Origin: Gammaproteobacteria bacterium
GTDB taxonomy: Bacteria > Pseudomonadota > Gammaproteobacteria > Ga0077536
Length of the DNA: 64,000 nt
Assembly (NCBI GenBank): GCA_038116745.1
Contig: JAYODW010000003.1
Coordinates: forward strand, 64,274 to 128,273
Direction: 5' to 3'
This document shows, one piece after another, positions 29,095-39,578 of this stretch (the stretch's first letter is position 1; every line of letters starts with the position of its first letter). A program made the translations under genes and the position numbers. Below the pieces are notes generated by a model. That model saw nothing but the letters and a program-made list of their open reading frames with translations, was not told the DNA's origin and made no database searches.

Positions 29095-30723
29095 ATGAAT
29101 CAGGGGTATGCCATGGACCAGCAGAAAAAAGGACAGACAGACTACGACGCGATTGTGATCGGAGCCGGCTTCGGCGGCCTGCGCATGCTGCATGAGCTGC
29201 GTGAGCTCGGATTAACCGCACTGGTGGTTGAGGCGGGAACTGACGTCGGCGGCACCTGGTACTACAACCGCTATCCCGGGGCCCGGACCGACAGCGAAGC
29301 CTGGCTCTATGCCTTTTCCTTTTCGCAGGAGATCCAGGACCGTTGGGACTGGGCCGAGCGCTTTCCCAGTCAGGGGGAGGCCCTGTCTTACCTGCAGTAC
29401 GTCGCCGAACACTGCGATATGCGTAAGGACATCCGGTTCAGTACCCGGGTAACCGGTGCGTGTTACCAGGAGTCTGACGACCGCTGGGAGGTGGCCACCG
29501 ATGACGGTAAGACCCTGACGTGCCGTTATTTCATTACCGCGACAGGACCCCTGTCGACGCCGTATCGACCGAACTTTCCCGGGATCGATGAGTTCCGCGG
29601 TGAGTGGTACCTGACGGGCAACTGGCCGAAAGAGCCGGTGAGCTTCAACAATAAACGGGTCGCTGTGATCGGCACCGGCGCCACGGCCGTCCAGGCGATC
29701 CCGCTGATCGCACAGACCGCGGCGGAGGTGACCGTCTTCCAGCGCACGCCGAATTACGTTCTGCCGGCGCGTAACGCGCCGCTGAGCGACCACGATCGTG
29801 AGCGCTACCGCAAGAACTATGACGCTATCTGGGCGCGCACCCGTGAGCAGGCGTTTGCGTTCGATTTCAATGACGCCGGGCGTAACCTGGGGGATGTCTC
29901 ACCGGAGGAGTGCCGCCGCATTCTCGAGCGCGGCTGGGAGATCGGTACCTTCCGTTTCCTGTTTGAGACCTTCGACGACATTTTCGTCGACGAGCATGCC
30001 AACGAAGTCGTGTCAGAGTTCGTGCGCGACAAGATCCGCTCGATCGTGACCGATCCCGAAACCGCCGAGCTGCTCTGTCCTAAGGATCATCCCCTCGGGG
30101 CCAAGCGTCCGCCGCTGGGACACTTCTATTACGAGACCTTCAACCGCGACAACGTGAAGCTGGTCAATATCCGTGACAACCCGATCACCGGGATCAGCGA
30201 GAAGGGTGTGCTGGTGGGCGATGCAGAGTACGAGGCGGACCTCATCGTCTTCGCCACCGGATTCGACGCCGTGACGGGCACGCTCAACCGGCTCGATATC
30301 CGTGGCCGCGATGGTGTGGCGCTGAATGACCGGTGGCTGGGCGGACCGAGTACCTATCTCGGGATCACGGTGGACGGCTTTCCGAACCTGTTCATGGTCG
30401 GCGGCCCGCAGACGCCTTTCGCCAATATCCCGGTGATCATCGACGGCTGCGTCGACTGGATCGGGCGCGCCATCAAGCATCTGCGCGACTCCGGCAGCGC
30501 GGTCATGGAGCCGCGCTCAGAGGCCGTGAGCAGCTGGGGCCAGCATATGAACGAGCTGGTGAATATGACGGTGCTGCCGCGCTCTCAGGGCTCCTGGTTC
30601 ATGGGCGGCAACATACCCGGCAAGCCGCGTGCGGTGCTCTTCTACTTCGGCGGCGCCGGTAACTACCGCAAGGAATGCGACGCGGAAGCGGAGAGCGGGT
30701 ACCCGGAATTCAAGGTCGCCTGA
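29095..30723 (+). CDS. Baeyer-Villiger-type flavin monooxygenase, paralog 2
   Basis: AIVIGAGFGG, GGTWYYNRYPGARTD, fingerprint FRGEWYLTGNWP (Leu in place of His), VIGTGATAVQ. An alternative ATG at 29113 is preceded by AGGGG. Confidence 0.8.
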   Translation: MNQGYAMDQQKKGQTDYDAIVIGAGFGGLRMLHELRELGLTALVVEAGTDVGGTWYYNRYPGARTDSEAWLYAFSFSQEIQDRWDWAERFPSQGEALSYLQYVAEHCDMRKDIRFSTRVTGACYQESDDRWEVATDDGKTLTCRYFITATGPLSTPYRPNFPGIDEFRGEWYLTGNWPKEPVSFNNKRVAVIGTGATAVQAIPLIAQTAAEVTVFQRTPNYVLPARNAPLSDHDRERYRKNYDAIWARTREQAFAFDFNDAGRNLGDVSPEECRRILERGWEIGTFRFLFETFDDIFVDEHANEVVSEFVRDKIRSIVTDPETAELLCPKDHPLGAKRPPLGHFYYETFNRDNVKLVNIRDNPITGISEKGVLVGDAEYEADLIVFATGFDAVTGTLNRLDIRGRDGVALNDRWLGGPSTYLGITVDGFPNLFMVGGPQTPFANIPVIIDGCVDWIGRAIKHLRDSGSAVMEPRSEAVSSWGQHMNELVNMTVLPRSQGSWFMGGNIPGKPRAVLFYFGGAGNYRKECDAEAESGYPEFKVA

Positions 30724-30742
30724 AGCCGGCCTGAGTCCGCGC

Positions 30743-31726
30743 TCAGGACGCCCGGCAGCCGGCGCTCTGAGCGCGTTGCTGCACCAGCGCGAGCACCATA
30801 TCGAGCGTCGGCGTGGGCGTGCCGGTGAGGCGGCCAAGTTCCTGCACGGCCGTCACCAGCGCATCTATTTCCAGCGGCCGGCCGCGCTCCAGGTCCTGCA
30901 GCATGGACGTCCTGTGCTCACCCACCTCGCGGGCGCCTTCGATGCGGCGCTCGACGTCAATCGCAAAGCGTACGCCCAGCGCCTTGCCTACGGCCTCGGC
31001 TTCGAGCATGAGGGTGCGGACGATGGCGCATACCCCCGGGTCGTCGAGCATCGCCGCGATAGTCGCGCCGGTGAGCGCGCTGACCGGGTTCAGGCTGCAG
31101 TTACCCCACAGCTTGATCCAGATCTCGTCGCGGATCCGAGGCCTTACAGGTACCCGGAATCCGGCGCTGCTGAGGGCCTGCGCCAGCGTCTGTACGCGCT
31201 CGCTCTTCGTGCCGTCGGGTTCGCCCAGCGCAAAGCGGTTGCCATGGTCGTGACGCACGACGCCGGGCGCAACGAGCTCCGCAGCCGGGTAGACCACGCA
31301 GCCGAGCGCCCGCGCCGGACCGATAACGTCCCACTGCAGGTTGCCGGGATCGACGCTGCTCAGGCGGGTGCCGTCGAGCGCGCCGCCGTGCCGATAGAAA
31401 TACCACCACGGCACGCCGTTCTGCGCCGTGACCACGCTGGTGTCGGCGCCGAGCAGGGGGGCCATGTGCCCGGCAACCCTGGCGGCTGCGGGAGCTTTCA
31501 GCGCGAGGATGACAAAATCCTGTTCGCCTGCCGCGGCCGGGTCGTCGGTAGCGGACACCCGTGCGACCCGGGTTTCACCGCCGATCAGCAGCGTGAGTCC
31601 GTTTTGACGAATTGCTTCGAGCTGCGCGCCGCGGGCGATACAGGTGACCTCCGCCGCGCCGCTGCGCGCCAGTTCCACGGCCAGATAGCCGCCGATCGCG
31701 CCGGCGCCATAGATGCAGATCTTCAC
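30743..31726 (-). CDS. Ketopantoate reductase (PanE/ApbA) family oxidoreductase
   Basis: VKICIYGAGAIGGYLAVELARSG Rossmann motif plus an ApbA C-terminal domain. Probable GTG start at 31726, 16 nt after the upstream ligase stop. Confidence 0.6.
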   Translation of the reverse strand: MKICIYGAGAIGGYLAVELARSGAAEVTCIARGAQLEAIRQNGLTLLIGGETRVARVSATDDPAAAGEQDFVILALKAPAAARVAGHMAPLLGADTSVVTAQNGVPWWYFYRHGGALDGTRLSSVDPGNLQWDVIGPARALGCVVYPAAELVAPGVVRHDHGNRFALGEPDGTKSERVQTLAQALSSAGFRVPVRPRIRDEIWIKLWGNCSLNPVSALTGATIAAMLDDPGVCAIVRTLMLEAEAVGKALGVRFAIDVERRIEGAREVGEHRTSMLQDLERGRPLEIDALVTAVQELGRLTGTPTPTLDMVLALVQQRAQSAGCRAS

Positions 31727-31742
31727 GCCGCGCGCCGCCGCT

Positions 31743-33254
31743 CTACAGGCCCAGTTTTTCGTGCAGGCCGATACGCTGCACCTTGCCAGTCGCCCCCTTG
31801 GGGATCTCTTCCAGGATAAGTACCTGCCGGGGCACTTTGAAATCCGCCAGGCGCACGGCGGCGAACCCACGCAGCTCGTCCGTGCTCGCCTGCGCGCCTT
31901 CGCGCAGGACGACGGCCGCTGCGACCTCTTCGCCGAGCTTGTCATGTGGCACGGCGAAGGTCACCGCCTGGGCCACGGCCGGATGGTCGAGCAGGACCTC
32001 ATCGACCTCCCGCGGACTGATCTTCTCGCCGCCGCGGTTGATGATCTCCTTAAGCCGTCCAGTCAGGGCGAGATAGCCGTCGGCATCGATGACACCCTGA
32101 TCCCCGGTGCGGAACCATCCGGCGCTGAACGCGTCTGCGTTCGCGCCCGGATTGCTCTCGTAACCGGCGGTCACGTTAGGGCCACGGATCACGACTTCTC
32201 CGATCTCTCCGTCGGCGAGGAGCTGCCCGTCGGCATCCATGATGGCGACTTCCGGACCGGCGGGCAGTCCGACTGCGCCGGGCTTGCGCGCCGCCGGGGG
32301 CAAAGGGTTAGAGGTCATCTGATGCGCGGCCTCGGTCATGCCGTAGGCCTCGATGACCGGACAGCCGAAGGCGGCTTCCAGCTCCGCCATGACCTGCGGC
32401 GGCAGCGAGGAAGAGGACGACCGGATGAGGCGCAGCGCGAGGCGGCTGATCAGCTCGGCCTGACGCGCTGCGCGGGCAAGGATCGCCTGGTGCATGGTGG
32501 GGACGGCGGTGTACCAGGTGGGCGCGGCGTCCTCCAGCCAGCTGAACACGCGCAGCGCGTTGAAGCCCGGGGTGCAGTACACCGAGCCACCAGCGGCGAG
32601 GCTCGACAGCACGGCCGCGATCAGGCCGTGAATGTGGAACAGCGGCATGATGTTCAGGCAGCGATCGTCCGGCGTCAGCGCCAGCGAAGCGCCGATGTGA
32701 CGGGCAGACGCGCAGATGTTGGTGTGGCTCAGAGGCACGATTTTCGGGCGTGAAGTCGTGCCGGAGGTGTGCAGCACGAGGGCGGTGTCCTCAGGCGCCG
32801 CGGGACCACCATGGCTGATCGTGCGGTCGCCGGTGGGCAGGGTGAAAGCGCCGGCGGGCGCGTCTTCTGCAACCGCGATTTCATACACCGGCACACCGAG
32901 TTCGCTGGCGACGTCGCGCGCGGGCGACGTGCTGCCGGTTTCGATCAGCAAGGCCCGGGCGTTCAGATCCTCCAGATAAAACCTGAATTCCTCGGCACGA
33001 TAGGCCGGATTCAGCGGTGCCGTGGTCGCGCCCGCGGCCACGGCAATAAACGCAGCTGCCATTTCCGGACCGTTGGGCAGCACGATCGCTACCCGATCAT
33101 TGCGGCCGATCCCCAGCCGGTTGAGCCCGGCGATGGTGTCAGCGATCAGCGCGCGCAGGGCGGCGTAGTGCAGCACAGGGCGCTGCGGCGCACAGAGCGC
33201 GACAGCGTCATCTGGTGCTGCGTGCAGCAGTTCGCGCAGGGTGACGGCGGACAT
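31743..33254 (-). CDS. AMP-dependent synthetase/ligase (acyl-CoA synthetase family)
   Basis: AMP-binding motif TSGTTSRPKIV and a C-terminal lysine region (PKGATGKVQR). 503 aa. Confidence 0.85.
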   Translation of the reverse strand: MSAVTLRELLHAAPDDAVALCAPQRPVLHYAALRALIADTIAGLNRLGIGRNDRVAIVLPNGPEMAAAFIAVAAGATTAPLNPAYRAEEFRFYLEDLNARALLIETGSTSPARDVASELGVPVYEIAVAEDAPAGAFTLPTGDRTISHGGPAAPEDTALVLHTSGTTSRPKIVPLSHTNICASARHIGASLALTPDDRCLNIMPLFHIHGLIAAVLSSLAAGGSVYCTPGFNALRVFSWLEDAAPTWYTAVPTMHQAILARAARQAELISRLALRLIRSSSSSLPPQVMAELEAAFGCPVIEAYGMTEAAHQMTSNPLPPAARKPGAVGLPAGPEVAIMDADGQLLADGEIGEVVIRGPNVTAGYESNPGANADAFSAGWFRTGDQGVIDADGYLALTGRLKEIINRGGEKISPREVDEVLLDHPAVAQAVTFAVPHDKLGEEVAAAVVLREGAQASTDELRGFAAVRLADFKVPRQVLILEEIPKGATGKVQRIGLHEKLGL

Positions 33255-33666
33255 GGCAGGGGCGGGCTCCTATGCAGATTAGATGGGTGCTGTGCCGTGG
33301 CGCCGGCGGGGCGCACGATAGCAATCACTGTTGTGCTTGTCAGCGGAATACCAACGCTGGGACGGTGCCGGCCGGACGCGTAAGTGGGTGAGAAAATCAG
33401 CCATCAGGCCTTTCCCCCTTCGGGCACGCTGCATCGTGTTCTGCGCTCCGACAATTCTCTGTGCGGAATGGTGCCAGGACTCTGTGCGCCGCCCCTCGCT
33501 GTCCGTATGTCTTGTCCGGGCAGGATGGCTGCCCGAAAGGACCGGCTGCATCCGACTTACCGTACCGGCCTTTTCGTCTGATACCTCTCTGCGGTCGTGT
33601 TGCCCTATAAGCCGAGCTTTGAGGACCCCGTGCGAACGCGCAGCGGGACCCTGTTCGGGTGAACTC

Positions 33667-34416
33667 TCAGGCCCGGGTGGCAGAAATAATGACCGCCGGT
33701 GGCTGCCTGAGAAAAGGCGCCCAGAATGCGCTGTCGTCAGCACCGTCGCGTGCAGGCTCAAGGCGTAGCGGGTGGAAGGTGATCTCCTCGAACCCTGCAT
33801 CAGCGAGGCCCGCAGCGTAGGCTGCTGCCGGCAGGTAGTAGTTCTCTACGTCGAGCGAGATCCCGTCGAGGTGAAAGCGGAACACCAACGGCGCGCCTTC
33901 GACGGCCGACGGCGGCAGCAGTACCTCAAAACCATAGGGCCGGAAGTCTGGCGGCGTTGCCTGCCAGGTATACATTTCAGGGTTGGTAATGAGCTGCACA
34001 CAGCGGCCGCCGTGACGCACCTGGCGCGCCAGCCCGTCGCACATGCGGGCCAGCTCAGCGCGATCCCGCGCGTAGACCAGCAACCAGTTCGATGTCACCA
34101 GATCGCAATCGCGCTCGGGCCTTGTGGCGCGGGCGTCTTCAACGGCGTAGTCAATGTCAAGCGGTTGCGCAGTCTCTGCGTCCCGCGCGAGCGCGATCAT
34201 ATCCGGCGAGAGATCGAGACCGAGGATCCTGCGCGCGCCGGCCCGTTTCAAGGCGCGCGTCAGCCAGCCGTCGCCGCAGGCACAGTCGACGACAGAGAGT
34301 CCGGTCACGTCACCGACGATCTCGAGCATGGAAAAAAGCTCTGAACGCTCGCGCCAGGCCTGCGCTTTGGCAGCGCGATAGCGCGCGGCATTCTCCTCGT
34401 CGTAGCGGGTCTTCAT
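33667..34416 (-). CDS. Class I SAM-dependent methyltransferase
   Basis: SAM motif I VVDCACGDGWL and LDLSPDM. Start at ATG 34416 (MKTRYDEE). Confidence 0.7.
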   Translation of the reverse strand: MKTRYDEENAARYRAAKAQAWRERSELFSMLEIVGDVTGLSVVDCACGDGWLTRALKRAGARRILGLDLSPDMIALARDAETAQPLDIDYAVEDARATRPERDCDLVTSNWLLVYARDRAELARMCDGLARQVRHGGRCVQLITNPEMYTWQATPPDFRPYGFEVLLPPSAVEGAPLVFRFHLDGISLDVENYYLPAAAYAAGLADAGFEEITFHPLRLEPARDGADDSAFWAPFLRQPPAVIISATRA

Positions 34417-34825
34417 GGTTGCTTGCTCGCAGAAAAGGGACAAACGGCGCCCCGGCGCAGGCCAGTGTCGTCCTCTCGAACAAATAGGTCCAGCAGGGGG
34501 CACGCCCCATGAGGCGTTTTGCTATGTCCTTACGCCTGACGCGAGCAGAGGGCTCGCACTTTCGGGGGCTGTGCAGCACGCCGAGAAGGCCAACCGCGAG
34601 ACCGGAGGCCGATCCTGGAGGGTAGCGGAGGCAGCGTTGCACAATCAGCGCGGTGAAGGCCTGATGGTATAAACGCGTAGCTTCGCTCGGTCTTGGGATT
34701 TATCCTGTGCTCCGGGCAGCGTGGCCGATTGGAGCACTAGTGACTGGCACGTTTGACGCCAAACCCAGGAAGCAACTGCCGCGATTTTTCTTCCTCGCTA
34801 TTCCGACTATGAGGACCGTTCTGTT

Positions 34826-36100
34826 TTGAACCCAGGCGCACTGCTGAAACACCCGCTGCTTGTCGCAGGACTGGTCGCGGTCGTCATCGCCCTAGTGATG
34901 TTTCGTCCGCGTGCCGCGGATGAGTCGCCAATCCGGATCGGGATCCTGCACTCGCTGACCGGCGCCATGGCGATAAGTGAGCGCAGTATGGTCGACGCCG
35001 AGCTGCTGGCGGTCGAGGAAATCAATCGTGGTGGCGGTCTGCTCGGGCGACAGGTCGAGGCCGTTGTCGCTGATGGTCAGTCGGACTGGCCGACCTTTGC
35101 GCGAGAGGCAGAACGACTGATCTCGGAAGAGAAAGTGGTGACGGTGTTCGGCTGCTGGACGTCGGCCAGTCGAAAGACCGTGAAGCCGGTGTTTGAACAG
35201 CATGATCACCTGCTGGTTTACCCCATGGCCTACGAGGGCCTCGAACAATCTCGCAATATCGCCTACATCGGCGCCGCACCTAATCAGCAGGTCACGCCGG
35301 CCCTGACCTGGGGCGTCGAAAATCTGGGCAAGCGCGTGTTCCTGGTGGGTTCGGACTACGTGTGGCCGCGCACCATCAACGCGATCATGAAGGACATGCT
35401 GCCAAGCCTCGGCGCGGAGCTGGTCGGCGAGAGCTACGTGTTTTTCGGGAGCACGAAACTCGACCAGACCGTGGCAAAGATCAAGGCTGCCGCACCGGAC
35501 TTGGTCATCAGCTCAGTGGTGGGCGACAGCAATCCCGCGTTTTATCGTGCGCTGCGTGAAGCCGGCATCAGCGCTGAATCGACACCCGTTCTGACCTTCA
35601 GCATCGGTGAGTCGGAGCTGCTAGAGATGGATCCGCTGGATGTCAGCGGGCACTTTGCCGCCTGGAGCTATCTGCAGAGCCTGCCGGGGCAAACCAATCA
35701 GGAGTTCATCGCTCGATTCCGCGAGCGGTTTGGCGCTGAGCGGGTAACCAGCGACGTGATTGCTACCGCCTACAGCAGCGTCCTGCTGTGGGCACAGGCA
35801 GTGGAACAGGCGCAGAGCATCGAAGTCGATCAGATCCGTACTGCGCTGTACGGGCAGAGCATCGCAGCGCCGGAAGGGATCATTTCGGTGGATGCAGCGA
35901 CCGGGCATGCATGGCGCTCGATCTCGATCGGCCGAATCAATAAGTCGCGCGGTATCGATCAGGTATGGGCGCTGGAGCGACCCATTCGCCCGGTGCCTTT
36001 TCCCAGCAGCCGCACGCCGGCAGCCTGGCGCATGTACCTGGACCACCTGTATCAGGCCTGGGGCAACAGCTGGGCTAACCCGGAGGAGAGCGCGCTGTGA
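34826..36100 (+). CDS. Periplasmic ligand-binding protein of the LivK/UrtA/AmiC family (Peripla_BP_6)
   Basis: Signal/TM leader followed by [39 protein letters not shown], which is UrtA/AmiC-like. Probable TTG start. Its stop overlaps the next gene's GTG (GTGA). Confidence 0.7.
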   Translation: MNPGALLKHPLLVAGLVAVVIALVMFRPRAADESPIRIGILHSLTGAMAISERSMVDAELLAVEEINRGGGLLGRQVEAVVADGQSDWPTFAREAERLISEEKVVTVFGCWTSASRKTVKPVFEQHDHLLVYPMAYEGLEQSRNIAYIGAAPNQQVTPALTWGVENLGKRVFLVGSDYVWPRTINAIMKDMLPSLGAELVGESYVFFGSTKLDQTVAKIKAAAPDLVISSVVGDSNPAFYRALREAGISAESTPVLTFSIGESELLEMDPLDVSGHFAAWSYLQSLPGQTNQEFIARFRERFGAERVTSDVIATAYSSVLLWAQAVEQAQSIEVDQIRTALYGQSIAAPEGIISVDAATGHAWRSISIGRINKSRGIDQVWALERPIRPVPFPSSRTPAAWRMYLDHLYQAWGNSWANPEESAL

Positions 36101-38469
36101 AGGATATTCCAGGGCTATCTCTTAATCCGCTCAGTGAAAATTTTGCGGCCTCACCGCAGCTGACGCTGGAAGATCTTGAACGCCTGGCGGATGCCGGGTT
36201 CAAGAGTGTGATCAACAATCGCCCTGATTTCGAGGGCGGCCCCGAGCAGCCAACCAGCGCGCAGATGGCGCGTGCTGCAGAAGCGCTGGGGCTGCAGTTC
36301 GCGGCCCTGCCGGTGGTCATGAGCCAGATCAACGATGCCGACGTCGCGGCTTTCTCCAGGCTGTTGAAGACCTTGCCCGCGCCTGTCTGCGGCTACTGCG
36401 CAGTGGGTGGTCGCGTGAAAAAACTCTACGAGCTCGCGCAGGCCCGCCGGCGCCCCATCGTTCCACTCGCCCGGCGTCTGGTCCTGGGCATGGTGCTGAT
36501 AGCGGTGCTCGCCTGCTCAGTGCTCGCGCTGGTGGTTGACAGGATGTCGGGGCGGTCGCTCGAGCAGACCTCCCTAAAGAATCTCCTCGCGGTGAGTCAG
36601 CGGAAGGTCAGCCGTCTTGAGGAGTTCGCGTCGGAACTGCTGCGCGGCGTGCATGCCGCGGGTCACAGCACAGAGCTTCAGCAGCTGGTCGCCGATCTGC
36701 AGCGTTCCGCAGACGATGGCAATGACCTGCGGGATACGGCAACTGTTCGGGCACAACTGAAGTCCTATCTCGAGCGTACCTCCGCGCTTTATGGTTTTGT
36801 CAACGCCCTGGTGGCAGCGCCTGATGGCGAGATCCTGTTTGCGCTGAATAGCCAGAGCGCAGAACTTGATGTCGGGGGGAACCTACAGCAGGGCGCTCTT
36901 GAAGATTCGGAGCTGGCGCGTCTGTTCGCGAGGACCAGGGCGCTGAAGCAGGAGGAGATATCCCGCTATGGGGTCTATTCCGGGATGGTGGCGCCTGCTG
37001 TTTTTGTGGCCGGCCCGGTCCTGCATCGCAACCATCTTCAGGGCGTGTTGCTGCTTCAGATCGACAACATGGCGCTGCGGCGCATCCTGTTGGATTACAC
37101 CGGGCTGTACAGCACCGGAGAGGTGTTGGTTGCGCAACGTGACGGAGACGCCGCCGTGCTGGTTGCCCCGACCCGCTTCCGGCCTGGAGCCGCTTTTGCG
37201 GAAGAATCCCGCGTGCCGCTGGGATCGGAGCGCGCGCTGCCGGTGCAGAAAGCTGTGCTGGGAAGTCGATGGTATGGGCTGTACGTTGACGAGCGCGGTG
37301 AGCAGACCATTGCGATTGCGAGCTACTCGCCCGCGTTCGAGTGGGGCATCGTGGTCAAACAGGATGTCGACGAAGCGCTGGCGCTGGTGGACGAGCAGAG
37401 ATCGATGACCGCCTACGTACTGCTCGCGCTCTCTCTGCCGATCGTTCTCGGCGCCCTTGTTTTCACGCGCAGCATCACGTCCCCGGTCCGGTTTGCGGCT
37501 ACCGCCGCGGAGCAGCTGCAGGCTGGTGATCTGACAGTTGCTGTCTCAGATCCGAAGCGCAACGATGAGACGGGTGTGCTGATCTCCGCGCTCAAGTCGC
37601 TGGTCACCTATCTGCGCACGCTGGTGAGCAATTTCAAAAGCGTCAACGCGACCATCGGCGCGGCGACCGAAAGCATGGTCGCCACGACCCGGGTGCAGGA
37701 AGAAGGAGTCCAGACCGTCAGCACATCGAGCGCTGAGATTGCCGCCAGCGCGCGGCAGATCGCTGCAACGGCGGAGGCGCTGCTGACATCAATGCGCGAA
37801 GTGGCGGACCGACTGCGGGAGACCGCCGAGCTGGCTACCAAGGGGCGGGACAACATCGCCAGCATGAACAGCAACATCAGGGACATGTCGGATGGCAGCG
37901 AGGCGATCAGTGGACGACTGGACGTGATTGCACAGCGGGCGGAGAAAATTACTGAAGTGGTCAGCACCATCACCAAAGTCGCGGACCAGACCAACATGCT
38001 GTCCCTGAACGCCGCCATTGAAGCCGAGGTTGCCGGAGAAGCGGGCCGTGGCTTCGCTGTGGTGGCGCAGGAGATCAGACGTCTGGCCGACCAGACCGCC
38101 GTCGGCACGCTGGATATCGAGCAGATGGTGAGGGAAATGCAGGCCGCGGTAGCCGGCGGCGTGCAGGAGATGGCTGCGTTTGAAAACATGGTCGAGAGCC
38201 GTGTGCAGGCCTCGGTGGCGACCTTTGAGCAGCTGGGCCTGATCATCGAGCAGGTCGAACTGCTGCAGCCGCAGTTTGAAACCGTCAATGAAGGAATGCG
38301 GTCGCAGGCGGTCGGCGCTACCCAGATAGCCGGTGCTATGAGTCAGTTGACCGACGTGGCTGCCGGCACCCGCGATTCGATCGCCGAGCTGATTAAGATC
38401 ACCAACGAAATGAATGCGGCGGTGGCGGTTCTCAATTCGGCGACACTCCGCTTCCATACCGGTGACTAG
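36097..38469 (+). CDS. Methyl-accepting chemotaxis protein with an N-terminal DUF442-like (Blh/sulfur-transferase-like phosphatase) domain
   Basis: The C-terminal MCP signalling domain [33 protein letters not shown] is highly conserved. HAMP and TM segments are present. The N-terminal ~125 aa ([18 protein letters not shown]...CGYCAVGGR) resemble DUF442. GTG start overlapping the upstream stop. Confidence 0.7.
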   Translation: MKDIPGLSLNPLSENFAASPQLTLEDLERLADAGFKSVINNRPDFEGGPEQPTSAQMARAAEALGLQFAALPVVMSQINDADVAAFSRLLKTLPAPVCGYCAVGGRVKKLYELAQARRRPIVPLARRLVLGMVLIAVLACSVLALVVDRMSGRSLEQTSLKNLLAVSQRKVSRLEEFASELLRGVHAAGHSTELQQLVADLQRSADDGNDLRDTATVRAQLKSYLERTSALYGFVNALVAAPDGEILFALNSQSAELDVGGNLQQGALEDSELARLFARTRALKQEEISRYGVYSGMVAPAVFVAGPVLHRNHLQGVLLLQIDNMALRRILLDYTGLYSTGEVLVAQRDGDAAVLVAPTRFRPGAAFAEESRVPLGSERALPVQKAVLGSRWYGLYVDERGEQTIAIASYSPAFEWGIVVKQDVDEALALVDEQRSMTAYVLLALSLPIVLGALVFTRSITSPVRFAATAAEQLQAGDLTVAVSDPKRNDETGVLISALKSLVTYLRTLVSNFKSVNATIGAATESMVATTRVQEEGVQTVSTSSAEIAASARQIAATAEALLTSMREVADRLRETAELATKGRDNIASMNSNIRDMSDGSEAISGRLDVIAQRAEKITEVVSTITKVADQTNMLSLNAAIEAEVAGEAGRGFAVVAQEIRRLADQTAVGTLDIEQMVREMQAAVAGGVQEMAAFENMVESRVQASVATFEQLGLIIEQVELLQPQFETVNEGMRSQAVGATQIAGAMSQLTDVAAGTRDSIAELIKITNEMNAAVAVLNSATLRFHTGD

Positions 38470-38695
38470 CGCGCTTCTTGATGACCTGTCGTCGTCACCA
38501 TTTTCGAGCTCGCTTGGCGCTGCAGCCCGTTTTTTCCTGTTGACTGCCAGCGTTGGTGGTCACCCGACCCGCACCTTTCTCCCGCTGACTGCTCGCCCTG
38601 ACTTTGAGTGCCGTGGTCAGCGCGGCGTGCTTCTGCATGAAGCGACTCATGCCCGGCGACTTCGACCGGCTCTAACTCCGATGGCTGATTGATCT

Positions 38696-39535
38696 TTGGA
38701 CGCGGTCGCCGCTCTGGCCGAGCATCTGCCGCTGGTGCTCACTCTCTGCGCCGCGGGGGCGGTCGCGGGTATGACCGCGGGTCTGTTCGGCAACGGCGGT
38801 GGCTTTGTCATCGTGCCCGCGCTGGTGACCTTGCTGGATGCTTACGCTGGCACTCAGCGGGAGCTGATTTACACCGCGATAGGGACCTCTCTTGCATGCA
38901 TCACGCTCACGACCGCGCGGGCGGTGCTGGCGCACCGGCGGCAAGGCGCGGTTGATTTCGGCGTCGTGCTCAGCTGGGCCGGGTGGGTATTTCTAGGCGT
39001 GCTGGCCGGGCTCAGCGTGGCCTCTCACGTCAATGCCAATGCGCTGTTTTTTTTGTTCAGCGGGGGGGTATTGGTTTACTCGGTGTATTTCCTCTTTCCT
39101 GACCGTTTCAATCTGCGCCGCAAACAAGCGCAGATGCCGGCGGGGATCGCCCGCGCCGCACTCGCAGCTGCACTCGGGGCATTTTCTTCGATCCTCGGGA
39201 TCGGTGGCGGGACGATTACCGTGATCACCATGGTTACCTGTGGGCGTCCCATACATCAGGCTGTGGCGACGGCGTCGGGCGTCGGTTTCGTGATCGGCTT
39301 GACCGGCGCGCTGGGTTTTCTCTGGATGGGCCTGGGACAGCCGAGCGCGGTGTTCGGCTCGATCGGCTATATGAACGTGCCTGCGTTGCTTGCGATAAGC
39401 AGCCTGTCTCTCGTGACAGCGCCGATTGGCGCTGCCTGGGCGCACCGTCTTGATGGCCGCAGGCTCAAACAGATTTTTGGTGTCTATCTGCTGCTGGTGT
39501 CATGCTCCATGTTCTATAAGGGCTTGACTCTTTAA
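38696..39535 (+). CDS. TauE/SafE (TSUP, DUF81) family anion exporter
   Basis: Eight TM helices with an internal repeat (GxGGG) typical of TSUP permeases. Confidence 0.75.
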   Translation: MDAVAALAEHLPLVLTLCAAGAVAGMTAGLFGNGGGFVIVPALVTLLDAYAGTQRELIYTAIGTSLACITLTTARAVLAHRRQGAVDFGVVLSWAGWVFLGVLAGLSVASHVNANALFFLFSGGVLVYSVYFLFPDRFNLRRKQAQMPAGIARAALAAALGAFSSILGIGGGTITVITMVTCGRPIHQAVATASGVGFVIGLTGALGFLWMGLGQPSAVFGSIGYMNVPALLAISSLSLVTAPIGAAWAHRLDGRRLKQIFGVYLLLVSCSMFYKGLTL

Positions 39536-39578
39536 CGTGACTGCCGGTGGATCCGAGCGACTGACGGGAGGACTGAAA

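Noticed and set aside
1-33254. DMSP demethylation pathway (dmdB/dmdC/dmdD-like: AMP ligase, acyl-CoA dehydrogenase, crotonase), feeding methanethiol to the MtoX cluster, with MetF recycling THF.
   Set aside because: These are generic enzyme families with no pathway-specific signatures visible by eye. The genes are dispersed and not clustered, and no DmdA (GcvT-like) demethylase was seen.
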